64,000 nt of DNA from a virus (Duplodnaviria; Caudoviricetes), in the IMG/VR virus record IMGVR_UViG_3300050821_000642, positions 1,879 to 65,878 of that record; one strand, written 5' to 3'. The position numbers and the translations under genes are program-made. This document shows, piece after piece, positions 35,894-45,673 of this stretch (position 1 is its first letter; each line of letters begins with the position of its first letter). The notes beneath the pieces are model-generated. The model searched no databases, had not been told where the DNA came from, and worked only from the letters and a program-made list of their open reading frames with translations.

Positions 35894-37081
35894 ATGGCGG
35901 ACACGATCCAAGGGCATGAGGCAGTCGGTGGCGCAACCAAGCGGGGAGCGCCCGACCAAAGTGTGAAGGTTCCTGACGGGGTGCGCGCCGCGTCAGAGCG
36001 CGCCAACGCGCTGATTGCGCAAGCCAAGGAGGCGAAAGCCGCCAACGCTGCGTCTGGCGCGGATCAACCGATTGGCGCAACCGCCCGCCCTCCAGTGCCG
36101 AATAGTCCGCCGAGCGGCGTGATTATGGAGAATTTCGACCCGCACAATCCGCGCCCGCCCGAGCCGGGCGATCCGCGCCTGACCACGGTGCAGTCGCAGA
36201 CTACGGCTCCCCCCGCGCCGACCCCGCCAACGCCCCAAACCCCAGAGGATTGGGAGCATCAGTTCCGGTCGCTGAAGGGGCGTTACGACCGCGAAGCCGA
36301 AGAGAAGCGCAGGCTGAACCAGCAGATCGTTGACATGCAGCGGCTGATTGCGCAGGTCGCCCCGCCGTCTCAGCAAGAGGGATCGGGGGTAAGGTTTAAT
36401 GTCCAACCCCCGCCACCCGGCAGACGGGTGACGCAGAAAGAGATTGACGAGTTTGGTCAAGAGTTGATGGATGTGGTGGGGCGGCGCGCGGCAGAGGTGT
36501 ACGAGCCTTTGCTGGCGCAAGTCGCTCAAGAGCTTCAACAGGTGAAGCGTCAGGTTGGCGGGGTGCAGAACACCGTCGTCTACGACGCTCGCGTGAAGAT
36601 GTACGAAGACCTAGCAAAGGAGGTGCCGAACTGGGATGCGATAAATAATAGCCCACAGTTTGGCGCGTGGCTGGATCAGATTGATCCGATCTCGCGTCAG
36701 ACGAGACGTAGCTTTTTGAATGCTGCTCACAACTCAAACCTGACGGGTCAGGTTGTGGACATTTTCAGAGGCTTCCTATCTGATGTGGCGGTACGACAAC
36801 CTGCGAACGGCGCAGGTCAGCAACCGGGCAACGGGGCGGTTACTCACGTGGGTAACCCTACCACCCCGCAGGTTGACCTCATGCAATTCGCAGCACCGGG
36901 CCGAGCCAAGACGGGGCAAACGAATGTCCCCCCCGAGAAGCCGATCTTCAACGCGACGGACGTTACCCAATTTTACCGCGATAAGACGGCTGGCAGGTAT
37001 GCCGGGCGAGAGGCAGAGGCGGCGGCAATCGAAGCCGCTTTGTTTGCAGCGGGAAATGAGGGGCGCATCATCCGTCGTTAG
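35894..37081 (+). CDS. Capsid scaffolding protein
   Basis: WEHQFRSLKGRYD coiled coil, VPNWDAIN..F.AWL, C-terminal A.NEGRI; directly before capsid. Confidence 0.75.
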   Translation: MADTIQGHEAVGGATKRGAPDQSVKVPDGVRAASERANALIAQAKEAKAANAASGADQPIGATARPPVPNSPPSGVIMENFDPHNPRPPEPGDPRLTTVQSQTTAPPAPTPPTPQTPEDWEHQFRSLKGRYDREAEEKRRLNQQIVDMQRLIAQVAPPSQQEGSGVRFNVQPPPPGRRVTQKEIDEFGQELMDVVGRRAAEVYEPLLAQVAQELQQVKRQVGGVQNTVVYDARVKMYEDLAKEVPNWDAINNSPQFGAWLDQIDPISRQTRRSFLNAAHNSNLTGQVVDIFRGFLSDVAVRQPANGAGQQPGNGAVTHVGNPTTPQVDLMQFAAPGRAKTGQTNVPPEKPIFNATDVTQFYRDKTAGRYAGREAEAAAIEAALFAAGNEGRIIRR

Positions 37082-37109
37082 GATCAATCGAGCCTAACGG
37101 AGATGACAA

Positions 37110-38102
37110 ATGGCTCTCGGACTTGCCGGTTCCGGCACAACCCCTCCTATCTACCCTCCGGGTAGTACTTCGACTGACTATGTAGCTGCTGGTTTTATCC
37201 CCGAAATCTGGTCGGGTAAGCTGATCGAAAAGTTTTACGCCGCCACGGTTCTGGCGGCGATCAGCAACACCGACTACGAAGGCGAAATCAAAAGCTACGG
37301 CGACCGGGTTAAAATCCGCACCAAGCCGACGCTGGTGATCAACAACTACTTGGTCAACGGCGACTTGGCCCTTCAACGCCCCGCTGGCAATGCGGTGGAG
37401 TTGACCATCGATCAAGGCAAGTATTTCGCCGCGATCCTTGACGACGTGATCGAGAAGCAGTCGGACATCAACAACCTCTCCATCTGGGCGGACGACGCGT
37501 CCGAGCAGATGAAGATCACGGTCGATACCGACGTGCTGTTGTTCCTGATGAACCAAGCCAACCCCGCCAACATGGGCGTGGCGGCTGGGGCGATCTCGGG
37601 CAACATCAACCTCGGCGTCACCGGCACCCCCGTGGCGACGGTGGGGCGCAACCCGGCGACGGGGCAGGTCGAGATCATCGACGTGCTGTTGCGCATCGGG
37701 CAGGCGCTGGACGAACTCAACATCCCTGAGACGGGGCGTTGGATCGTCATGCCGACATGGGCGACGTTCCAACTCAAGCGTTCGGAACTGCGCGAAGTGT
37801 TCGTCTCGGGCGATCAGGTTTCTATCCTGCGCAACGGCAAGTTCGGCCAGATCGATAGGTTCACCATCTACGCATCCAACCTGCTTCCGTTCGGCGTTGC
37901 TGCCGGATTGGCGGCGGGCGAGTGGGTGATCTATGGCGGTCACGCGCATGGGCTGACCTTCGCTTCGCAGATGACCAACGTCGAGACGATCCGTTCGGAA
38001 CGTACGTTCGGTCAAATCTTGCGTGGGTTGCAGGTGTATGGCAGGCAGGTTCTCGATAATAAGGCGATCTGCCAAGCCATCGTGACGCAGGCGGGTCCGT
38101 AG
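37110..38102 (+). CDS. Major capsid protein
   Basis: FIPEIWSGKL, NTDYEGEI...GDRVKI, LTIDQ, RGLQVYG; strong codon bias. Confidence 0.9.
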   Translation: MALGLAGSGTTPPIYPPGSTSTDYVAAGFIPEIWSGKLIEKFYAATVLAAISNTDYEGEIKSYGDRVKIRTKPTLVINNYLVNGDLALQRPAGNAVELTIDQGKYFAAILDDVIEKQSDINNLSIWADDASEQMKITVDTDVLLFLMNQANPANMGVAAGAISGNINLGVTGTPVATVGRNPATGQVEIIDVLLRIGQALDELNIPETGRWIVMPTWATFQLKRSELREVFVSGDQVSILRNGKFGQIDRFTIYASNLLPFGVAAGLAAGEWVIYGGHAHGLTFASQMTNVETIRSERTFGQILRGLQVYGRQVLDNKAICQAIVTQAGP

Positions 38103-38134
38103 CGCTCCCGTAGTGCTACTCCCAGTACCTGCTA

Positions 38135-38170
38135 GGCCCCGACGCACACGGCCTTCCGTGCGTCGGGGCT
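38135..38170 (+). terminator. Hairpin after major capsid gene
   Basis: GGCCCCGACGCAC...GTGCGTCGGGGCT; weak U-tract. Confidence 0.6.
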
Positions 38171-38204
38171 GATTACACGATGGGCTAACTCTTGGGAGTA
38201 AGTT

Positions 38205-38636
38205 GTGGCGCAGTTCTATTTCACCGCCACAAGTTATGTGGCTCAAGCGCGGCTGACGCTGCAAGATATGGTTTCGCCCTACCGCTATCCCGATGCGGAT
38301 GTGGTGGGTGCGCTTAATATCGCGCTGGCTGAGATGGGGCGGTTGCGCCCCGATATGTTCCTCGACTTGAAATACCAGCGCCCGCTGACCAAGGGCGACT
38401 TTGGCGATGGCGTGCCGGGGCCATACACCACCGACGATATCGTGGTCAACACCGATGGCAGCTACAGCACTAGCGAAGGGACGATGGTCCCGGTGCCAAC
38501 CAAATATTACCAAGTGCTGAACTGGTTCATTCCCGGCTGGCTGCAAATGTACGATGTAGCCGACACGCAAGATGCGCGGGCGCAAGGCTTCATGGCGAAG
38601 CTCCAGCAGCATCTTGTAACGTTGAACGCGGCATGA
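38205..38636 (+). CDS. Head-tail adaptor-like protein
   Basis: ARLTLQD...RY......LN.AL..M..LRPD pattern; GTG after a palindrome/RBS. Confidence 0.65.
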   Translation: MAQFYFTATSYVAQARLTLQDMVSPYRYPDADVVGALNIALAEMGRLRPDMFLDLKYQRPLTKGDFGDGVPGPYTTDDIVVNTDGSYSTSEGTMVPVPTKYYQVLNWFIPGWLQMYDVADTQDARAQGFMAKLQQHLVTLNAA

Positions 38637-38643
38637 GGGCGCG

Positions 38644-39399
38644 ATGACCACCACCAACATGGCGCGCTTAAACGACATGGTGCGGATGAAAGCGCCGGGT
38701 GCGCTCGATGGCATTATCCGCATGGAGATTTTCAATACGCTGAAGGAGTTCTTTCAGAGAACCAACATATGGATGCTTGAGCTACCGATCTATATTGTTC
38801 CGCAGACCAACGACTATCAGCTAACGACCGGACAGAATGTCGTGGTCAACCGGCTGATGGCGTTGGATCGTCCGCGCTCGCCCCCGCCGCCTAATGGGCC
38901 TTGGCCTGCTCACTACGTTCCGACCTGTCCTCCCCAGTACCTCTCGGTGACGCAGAGTGAGAACCAGCCATATACAGAGGCTCAGAACCCGATCTTTCGG
39001 ACGCGGCGCGCGGGGGCACTTTTGAACACCGGCAAGTGTCCGATCCTAAGAATTTTCGATAATCCGTATGTCAACGAGACGTGGATCGCCACGGTGGCGT
39101 TGAACACTTGCGATCCGACCGACCCGGACGGTTTTGTCACCCCGCCCGATTGGATCATGGACAAGTACCTCTCCGGGCTGTCGTCAGGCGTGCTGGCCCA
39201 ATTGTATCTGCAACCGGGCAAGCCTTACTCCTCCGTGCCGGGATCGCAATACCACGGGCGTAAGTTCAACGAGGCGGTGGGCCTCGCGCGCACCGAGGTG
39301 CGCGATATGTTCACTTACGGCGCACAGCGCTGGAACTTCCCCACCGGGTGGAACAGTAGGTTCCGCTACTTCGGAAGTTATACCGGATATGTTGGTTGA
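38644..39399 (+). CDS. Tail adaptor/tubular-like protein
   Basis: EFFQRTNIW...GVLAQL..QPGKPYS pattern; position. Confidence 0.6.
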   Translation: MTTTNMARLNDMVRMKAPGALDGIIRMEIFNTLKEFFQRTNIWMLELPIYIVPQTNDYQLTTGQNVVVNRLMALDRPRSPPPPNGPWPAHYVPTCPPQYLSVTQSENQPYTEAQNPIFRTRRAGALLNTGKCPILRIFDNPYVNETWIATVALNTCDPTDPDGFVTPPDWIMDKYLSGLSSGVLAQLYLQPGKPYSSVPGSQYHGRKFNEAVGLARTEVRDMFTYGAQRWNFPTGWNSRFRYFGSYTGYVG

Positions 39400-39402
39400 G
39401 CT

Positions 39403-39843
39403 ATGAGTACTTTTATACCAGTTACCCAGTGTAATACTTGTCGGCAGATAAAGCCGAGAACGGAGTTCTATTCGATTAACCGTCATCGGCAGTGCAAGGT
39501 GTGCCAAAATGCTGCGAACAAAGTGTGGCATGCGAAAAATCCGGGTGCGCACTCTAGGTTTAGTAAGAAGGCGAAGCTAAAGAGTAAGTATGGATTGACT
39601 GTCGAAGCGCATACCGCAATGCTCCAAGTGCAGTTTTATAAGTGTGCTGCATGTGGGGATAAGTTTGAGTTGGAGAATAAGTGGGAGCAACCATGTGTTG
39701 ACCACGATCACGAGACAGGTAAGGTTCGTGAGTTACTGTGCCGCCGTTGCAACGTTACGCTTGGGCATGTTGAGGATGATGTTGGCCGACTTGAAAAGTT
39801 GATTGCTTACTTGAGGAGGCACCAATCAATTACCCCTATTTGA
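39403..39843 (+). CDS. Endonuclease VII-family HNH endonuclease
   Basis: KYGLT...Q..KCAAC...VDHDHETGKVRELLCRRCN; N-terminal Zn ribbon; AT-rich. Confidence 0.9.
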   Translation: MSTFIPVTQCNTCRQIKPRTEFYSINRHRQCKVCQNAANKVWHAKNPGAHSRFSKKAKLKSKYGLTVEAHTAMLQVQFYKCAACGDKFELENKWEQPCVDHDHETGKVRELLCRRCNVTLGHVEDDVGRLEKLIAYLRRHQSITPI

Positions 39844-40688
39844 TCCCCGGTCAGCAAGCCGATCCGACGCTGTTCACTGCTAGCGCGTTGGGTCAGCTTG
39901 GCGCATACAACAAGCCGCTTGACGCTCGCACCCTTCTAAGTGTGGAGTATAGCAGCCTTACGCCTTCAGTTACTCTCGTGGGTTACTCGTTCCGGGTTAG
40001 GCCGGGAGGCGAGCCGCAGCTATGGCTTGACACTGCCGCCATCGACAGCACGTCCACTATGCTGTCGTTTTATGTCGGGGGTGGGATCGCCGGGCAGGCT
40101 TACGAGATTGTCATTAACGCCATGCTGGCTGATAGCGAGATACGTTCTGACGTGCTTACGGTGAATGTGTTGGGCGACGATGGTTGCGGCTGCATGGTTC
40201 TTTCCTTGCCGCAGACGCCGCCCGGCAGCGTGAGCGGCGACGGTTCGGTGACCGTCAACACTGCGCCCCGGTTCTTTGTCAGCGCGACGACGCCAATTGG
40301 CGCAAACGTGCTGGATCGCTGGTACAATTCGGTTACTGGCAACATTTATGACTACGTGTCCAACGGCCTGACGACGTGGTGGGAGGAAGCGACGATTGGC
40401 GGCGGTGGCGGCTACGGCGCGAACATCGTCAAGATGAACCCGATTACGCCGGATGGGTTCACTGTCGAGTTTACCTTGACGGCGACGGACGGCACGGAAG
40501 TCGATATTCAGACTTCAAACAACTTGCTGGTATCGGTCGATGGCGTGTGGCAGGAGCCGACCCTGCAATATGCTGCTTCGGTGGATGTGGTTGAGTTTGC
40601 GCAAGCGCCGTTTGCTGATAGTGTAATCTTCATGTTGTGGCTGTCGCCGCCGCCACCTACGCCGCCAGCACCACTAGCGGGGTTGTGA
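39840..40688 (+). CDS. Virion structural protein (fibre attachment-like)
   Basis: N-terminal domain paralogous to the next gene; LLVSVDGVWQEP..Y domain. Confidence 0.7.
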   Translation: MIPGQQADPTLFTASALGQLGAYNKPLDARTLLSVEYSSLTPSVTLVGYSFRVRPGGEPQLWLDTAAIDSTSTMLSFYVGGGIAGQAYEIVINAMLADSEIRSDVLTVNVLGDDGCGCMVLSLPQTPPGSVSGDGSVTVNTAPRFFVSATTPIGANVLDRWYNSVTGNIYDYVSNGLTTWWEEATIGGGGGYGANIVKMNPITPDGFTVEFTLTATDGTEVDIQTSNNLLVSVDGVWQEPTLQYAASVDVVEFAQAPFADSVIFMLWLSPPPPTPPAPLAGL

Positions 40689-40689
40689 G

Positions 40690-42630
40690 ATGGACTATGT
40701 GCTTCCTTCCGGCGTCGTCAACACGGACAGCGTGTACTTCTTTGCTGACAGCACGCTGACGCTTGGCCCGCTGGTCAAGCAAATTAAGGACCAGACGCTG
40801 GTCATCGTTGACTTTAGTCATGTCACCCCGCCGCATACGGTCACTGGTTACAGTTTTACCATCGACGTGTCGAGCAATCCGGCGCTGGTGGTGAGCTACC
40901 CGAAGGTTGACCTCGCGGGCGACATCGTGACGTTCTTGGTTAGCGGCGGGATCGCTGGGCAGCAGTACAACATCAATTTCACTACCAACGTGGATATCAA
41001 CGCGCGCACGGACGTTTTGACGATCAATATCCCTTCGGCGGCGGGTGACTGCTCGCAGATCAATCCGGTGCCGCAAATCTACACACAACTTCCTTTAGGA
41101 GAGCCGACGCAGGGCTATGTGAACAGCGCCGTGCGTTACTTCTGGGGCGCTGCCCCACCGATGAACCCGAATGTGATGGATCAATGGTACGATCCGACCG
41201 CCGACACTTTGTATGAGTGGGTGACGAACGGCACGGATTTCTTTTGGCAGATTATCATGTCCGATAATCTGGTGCCGGAAGCGCCGCTCAGCAGTCTCAT
41301 TTATGGGCGCTATAACGGCGCATGGGTGGTCGAGCCTATCCAATCTGACGCGCCTGCTGATGGCACGGCGTACACGCGTCGGAACAATGCGTGGTACTCG
41401 CTGCCGCAATACGTCATGGAAGCGCCGGGCGGCGGGGTTCGGTTTGGGCGCTATAATGGCACGTGGCAACCCGACGCGATCCAACTCGATGCGCCGGTCA
41501 ATGGCAATACCTATGGGCGCAACAATGGCGGCTGGATAGCATTGCCGCCGTACATTGTTGAAGCGCCAATGACTGGGCTATTGTATTCGCGTAGCAACAG
41601 CAACTGGCTAGCGACCCCTATACAATCTGACGCTCCTGCTGACGGCCAGTTTTATGCTCGCAACAATCGGGCGTGGTTGCCGATAGATATTTTGGACCTG
41701 CTGACGGACGCGCCGACCGATGGCACATTGTACGGTCGTCAAGACGGCGCGTGGGCGGCGGCTTACCCAGCGAGTAACCCGGCGAACTACACTACTGCGG
41801 CGCAACTTGCAGCGTCGGTGGCGTTGCTGATGCCCCGGCAGGGCGGCACTTTTACTGGCGCTATCAGTGTTCCGGGGTTTATTGTACCCAATGGTCCGCA
41901 GTCGATGCAGATTGCTGGCGGGCAGGTAGGACAACCTCTTGTCGCGAACAATACCTCAAGCACGTTAGCTTGGGGGGCAGTTCCCATCCCCGAGCCGCCG
42001 AACGATGGCACTGCTTATGCGCGCCAGAACGGTCTGTGGGTGCCGACTGCCAGTGGTGCAGGTGTGCCGGAAGCGCCGAACGACGGCACGGCTTATGTGC
42101 GGATAGACGCTACATGGTCGCATATCGTCCACACTGATATTACTGATTGGGATGCGACACTCAACTCGCTGTTAGCGCCCTATGCGCTGCTAACACAAGT
42201 GCCGCTTGGCTCGATTAGCTTCCCGTTGATGGACGGCACGAACGCCATCGGTACGTCGCTGAACTGGGCGCGGGCTGATCACGTGCATCCGACCGACACG
42301 TCGCGCTACGCCGCGAGCAACCCTTCCGGCTACCAGACAGCGGCGCAGGTGACGGCAGCGCTTGGCCCCTACGCGCTGGCCAGCGCGGTGCCGGTGGCGT
42401 CGAATGCTGTGCCTGCAATGAATGGAGCGGGTGCGTCGGGTGCTTCTGTTGCGTTTTCGCGTGGTGACCATGTGCATCCGACCGACACCACTCGCTTGGC
42501 GGTGGCGGGCGGGACGATGACCGGCTTGCTTACTCTCGTGAGTGACCCTAGCGCCAATCTACAAGCGGCTACGAAACAGTATGTCGATAATGCTTCTGCC
42601 AATGCCAATATTGACTGCGGCACGTACTAG
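40690..42630 (+). CDS. Tail fibre with tandem foldon-like repeats
   Basis: Nine [ED][AP]P-x5-[YF]xR-x4-W units, two R[AG]DHVHP motifs, GGTMTG, ATKQYVD. Confidence 0.8.
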   Translation: MDYVLPSGVVNTDSVYFFADSTLTLGPLVKQIKDQTLVIVDFSHVTPPHTVTGYSFTIDVSSNPALVVSYPKVDLAGDIVTFLVSGGIAGQQYNINFTTNVDINARTDVLTINIPSAAGDCSQINPVPQIYTQLPLGEPTQGYVNSAVRYFWGAAPPMNPNVMDQWYDPTADTLYEWVTNGTDFFWQIIMSDNLVPEAPLSSLIYGRYNGAWVVEPIQSDAPADGTAYTRRNNAWYSLPQYVMEAPGGGVRFGRYNGTWQPDAIQLDAPVNGNTYGRNNGGWIALPPYIVEAPMTGLLYSRSNSNWLATPIQSDAPADGQFYARNNRAWLPIDILDLLTDAPTDGTLYGRQDGAWAAAYPASNPANYTTAAQLAASVALLMPRQGGTFTGAISVPGFIVPNGPQSMQIAGGQVGQPLVANNTSSTLAWGAVPIPEPPNDGTAYARQNGLWVPTASGAGVPEAPNDGTAYVRIDATWSHIVHTDITDWDATLNSLLAPYALLTQVPLGSISFPLMDGTNAIGTSLNWARADHVHPTDTSRYAASNPSGYQTAAQVTAALGPYALASAVPVASNAVPAMNGAGASGASVAFSRGDHVHPTDTTRLAVAGGTMTGLLTLVSDPSANLQAATKQYVDNASANANIDCGTY

Positions 42631-42645
42631 AAGGGCTAGATAGCC

Positions 42646-44157
42646 ATGACCGGACGCGTTCAATCTCTTCGTTCCAGTGTAGCAGGGAGCCGCCCGACCG
42701 GGCGTCAGCCGGGGGAGCTTTATGTCAACTGGGCCGACAATCAGCTTGGTGTGATCAACGCAAGTTCTGCGGCGCAAGACTTGATCGCGGTAAGATTTTT
42801 TAGCGCGGCGGCGAGCTATAATGTTGGCGACTTCGCCATTCAGGCGGGGCAGCTTTATCGTTGTGTGACTGCTGTCGGCCCCAGTTCCTTTACTCCAGCC
42901 AATTGGGCGCAGATCGGCGGCTCGGTTGGCATTGGCGACAACTCGCCTAGTAATCCGCAACCGGGAACCCTATGGTGGGACAGCGTAGGAGGGCAGCTTT
43001 ACGTTTGGTTCGTGGACGCTAACTCGTCGCAGTGGGTGGTGGCGAACAACGCTGCGTCAGTGTTGGCTTCGGGGTATCTGCCGCTCTCTGGAGGTACGCT
43101 GACTGGCCCGCTTACTCTGCCGGGTAACCCGACAACACCACTTCAGTCAGTGCCGAAGCAATATGTTGACTCTTTGCCGGTGGCGATGAATGACAATCGC
43201 ATCATCAACGGCGACATGCGGTGGGATCAGAGGAACAACGGCGCGAGCGGGACAGGGGGTGGCTATACCGTTGATCGGTGGCTCTATGGCCCATCGCAGG
43301 CGAGTAAGGGAACGTGGCAGCGTATTCTTGCTAATGCTGGTGGGCCTATTCAAATAGCTGGGTTCAATTATTACCTTTCGTTTATTTCTTCGTCTGCCTA
43401 CGCTGTGTTGGCGAGCGATGCTTTCTACTTCACGCAGCTGGTCGAGGCCGATATGGTCGGCGATCTGGCTTGGGGAACGGCAAGCGCGCAGCCGGTGACG
43501 CTTTCGTTCTGGGCGCTCTCAAGCTTGGCTGGGACATTTGGCGGTGCAATCCGCAATTATCCAACTCCTTCCACGCGCTCTTATCCGTTCATTTTTACGC
43601 TCGCTGCGGACACTTGGACGAAGGTCGTCATCACCATCCCCGGCGATACTGCCGGGACGTGGGTATTGAACGGCAACGCCGCTGCGTTTGGGCTTTGTTT
43701 CGATCTTGGGGCTGGAGCGACCTACCGCGCTCCCGCTGGCGCATGGGCGGCGGGGAATTTCGTTGGCGCGAACGGCGCGGTCAGCGTCGTGGCGACGAAC
43801 GGTGCAACTTTCTACCTGACCGGCGTCAAGCTGGAGGTTGGCAGCGTAGCAACGCCGTTCAACCGGCAGTCGTTGGCGAAGTCTCTGGCCGATTGCCAGC
43901 GGTATTACTCGGGGTTGCTACAAATCTACGGCGCAGGGTCCGGTCAAGTTGCTGGTCAACCCTTCGTCCACGGCTCGTTATCACCAATTTGGATGCGCGC
44001 TGCTCCAACTACAGTGAACCTCAATACCGCCAATAGCAGTAATTGGACGTTGGTCAGTGTAACAAGTAATAATTCTTCCATCACGGCTAACGGGAACGCA
44101 ACGGCGGCTGGCCTCGTCGTTTTGAATGTTCTCTTTGCCCTTAATGCGGAGCTTTGA
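42646..44157 (+). CDS. Tail fibre / receptor-binding protein 1
   Basis: GELYVN, LWWDS, LSGGTLTG, NRIINGD, VDRW, KLEVGS.ATP, CQRYY. Confidence 0.8.
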   Translation: MTGRVQSLRSSVAGSRPTGRQPGELYVNWADNQLGVINASSAAQDLIAVRFFSAAASYNVGDFAIQAGQLYRCVTAVGPSSFTPANWAQIGGSVGIGDNSPSNPQPGTLWWDSVGGQLYVWFVDANSSQWVVANNAASVLASGYLPLSGGTLTGPLTLPGNPTTPLQSVPKQYVDSLPVAMNDNRIINGDMRWDQRNNGASGTGGGYTVDRWLYGPSQASKGTWQRILANAGGPIQIAGFNYYLSFISSSAYAVLASDAFYFTQLVEADMVGDLAWGTASAQPVTLSFWALSSLAGTFGGAIRNYPTPSTRSYPFIFTLAADTWTKVVITIPGDTAGTWVLNGNAAAFGLCFDLGAGATYRAPAGAWAAGNFVGANGAVSVVATNGATFYLTGVKLEVGSVATPFNRQSLAKSLADCQRYYSGLLQIYGAGSGQVAGQPFVHGSLSPIWMRAAPTTVNLNTANSSNWTLVSVTSNNSSITANGNATAAGLVVLNVLFALNAEL

Positions 44158-45338
44158 TCATGATCGACTTTCCTAACAACCCCACAGTCGGTCAGACTTT
44201 TACCGCCGCAGGCGTGACGTGGACGTGGGATGGAACCAAGTGGACATCGAACGGGCTGAACGTGCCATACTTGCCGCTGGCGGGCGGCACGATGAGCGGG
44301 CCGATTACTCTACAGAGTGACCCGGCTGCGCCGCTACAACCGGCGACTAAGCAGTATGTTGACTTCATTGAGGCGTCATATTCGCTTGGTAGTAACCGCA
44401 TCATCAACGGCGACATGCGGATTTGTCAGCGCGCGGGGAGTGGAAATGCTGCCGGATACATGGTTGATCGCTGGCGGATCGCCATGAGTCAGCCGGGCAA
44501 GCTCAGTTGGAATACCGCCCCTAGCGCTGCGATGGCTCCCAACGGCTTTCCGACAGTCATCACCCTTAACTCGCTGTCGGCTTATTCGCCAGCGGCGACT
44601 GACAGTTTTTGCTTCTTTCAACCTATCGAAGCCGACATGATCAGCGACTTCGCATTCGGCACGGCCAATGCGCAGCCGATCACGTTGTCGTTTTGGGTTA
44701 TGGCTTCCGTCGCAGGAACGTATTCCGGCGCGCTCGGCAACTCACCCAACAATCGCTGCTACCCCTTTACCTTCACCCTCGCTGCCGCGACCACTTGGCA
44801 GAAATTCGTCATCACTGTTCCCGGCGACACGAGCGGGACATGGACGATGAGCGGTAACGGCGGGGGGATGTTCGTCACTTTCGATCTTGGCAGCGGCCCG
44901 AGTTTACGTGCTCCAGCGGGATCGTGGCAGAGCGTCAGCGTGAATGGCGCGACCGGCGCGGCGGGCGTCGTCACTACCAATGGCGCGCTGATGCAGTTTA
45001 CGGGCGTCAAGCTGGAGGTCGGCAGCATAGCAACGCCCTACAATCGGCAGTCGCTGGCGAAGTCTTTGGCGGATTGCCAGCGATACTACAGTGTTGGGTC
45101 ACTAGTTGTAGGTGGATATACTACAGCGGGTGGTTCTATTATTACAACAGGCTTCTATCCTGTAGCTATGCGTGCTGCTCCGACTATAACGCCTAGTTAC
45201 GTCTCTATGATAAATGTTACTGCTGGCAATCTTACAGTAAATAATGTAAGTCCAACCTCTTTCTACAATACAGGTGGCGGTAGTGCTGTTGGATATACGC
45301 AGTGGCAGAACAACTGGACAGCGAACGCGGAGCTTTGA
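44154..45338 (+). CDS. Tail fibre / receptor-binding protein 2 (paralog of RBP1)
   Basis: DFP..PTVGQ...WTWDG.KW, NRIINGD, KLEVGS.ATP, CQRYY. Confidence 0.8.
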   Translation: MIMIDFPNNPTVGQTFTAAGVTWTWDGTKWTSNGLNVPYLPLAGGTMSGPITLQSDPAAPLQPATKQYVDFIEASYSLGSNRIINGDMRICQRAGSGNAAGYMVDRWRIAMSQPGKLSWNTAPSAAMAPNGFPTVITLNSLSAYSPAATDSFCFFQPIEADMISDFAFGTANAQPITLSFWVMASVAGTYSGALGNSPNNRCYPFTFTLAAATTWQKFVITVPGDTSGTWTMSGNGGGMFVTFDLGSGPSLRAPAGSWQSVSVNGATGAAGVVTTNGALMQFTGVKLEVGSIATPYNRQSLAKSLADCQRYYSVGSLVVGGYTTAGGSIITTGFYPVAMRAAPTITPSYVSMINVTAGNLTVNNVSPTSFYNTGGGSAVGYTQWQNNWTANAEL

Positions 45339-45340
45339 CC

Positions 45341-45673
45341 ATGACCTATACACAAGTTTGGGATCACATGCGAAATCAGCCTCACGACGGTATAATACAG
45401 CGCGACGAGGACGGCGCGTTCATTCCGATGGACCCTGACAACATTGACTGTCAGGAATATCTGGCGTGGCTTGACGACGGCAATGAACCGAAGTCTGCTG
45501 AAGCGCCAACGATGACCCTACCGGAAACTGTTCCGGTGGAGGATCGTGTGAGTGATCTTGAAGACCGGGTGAACGCCTTGGAGGGTGCGCCGCCCGAACC
45601 GCCGGAAGAAACCCCGGAGCAAGTTCCGATCCAAGTCACCACCACCCGCACAATCACCAAAGGAAAGAAGTAA
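45341..45673 (+). CDS. Tail fibre assembly chaperone-like protein
   Basis: R..DGAFIP.DP.N.D.QEYLAW...GN.P motif found after CQRYY-type fibres. Confidence 0.65.
   Translation: MTYTQVWDHMRNQPHDGIIQRDEDGAFIPMDPDNIDCQEYLAWLDDGNEPKSAEAPTMTLPETVPVEDRVSDLEDRVNALEGAPPEPPEETPEQVPIQVTTTRTITKGKK

Noticed and set aside
37068-38735. Long antisense ORFs (e.g. 555 aa opposite capsid; also 7141-8076 and 55773-56762)
   Set aside because: These are shadow frames of GC-rich, codon-biased genes with no RBS or recognisable motifs.
4883-41777. Palindrome variants with 3- or 5-nt centres (4883, 10486, 27476, 35691, 41763)
   Set aside because: Spacing differs from the fixed 4-nt centre, so they were not counted, although they may be weak sites.
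42646-45338. Diversity-generating retroelement (TR/VR pair) in the fibre genes
   Set aside because: No reverse transcriptase is present, and the tips differ at all base types rather than only at adenines.
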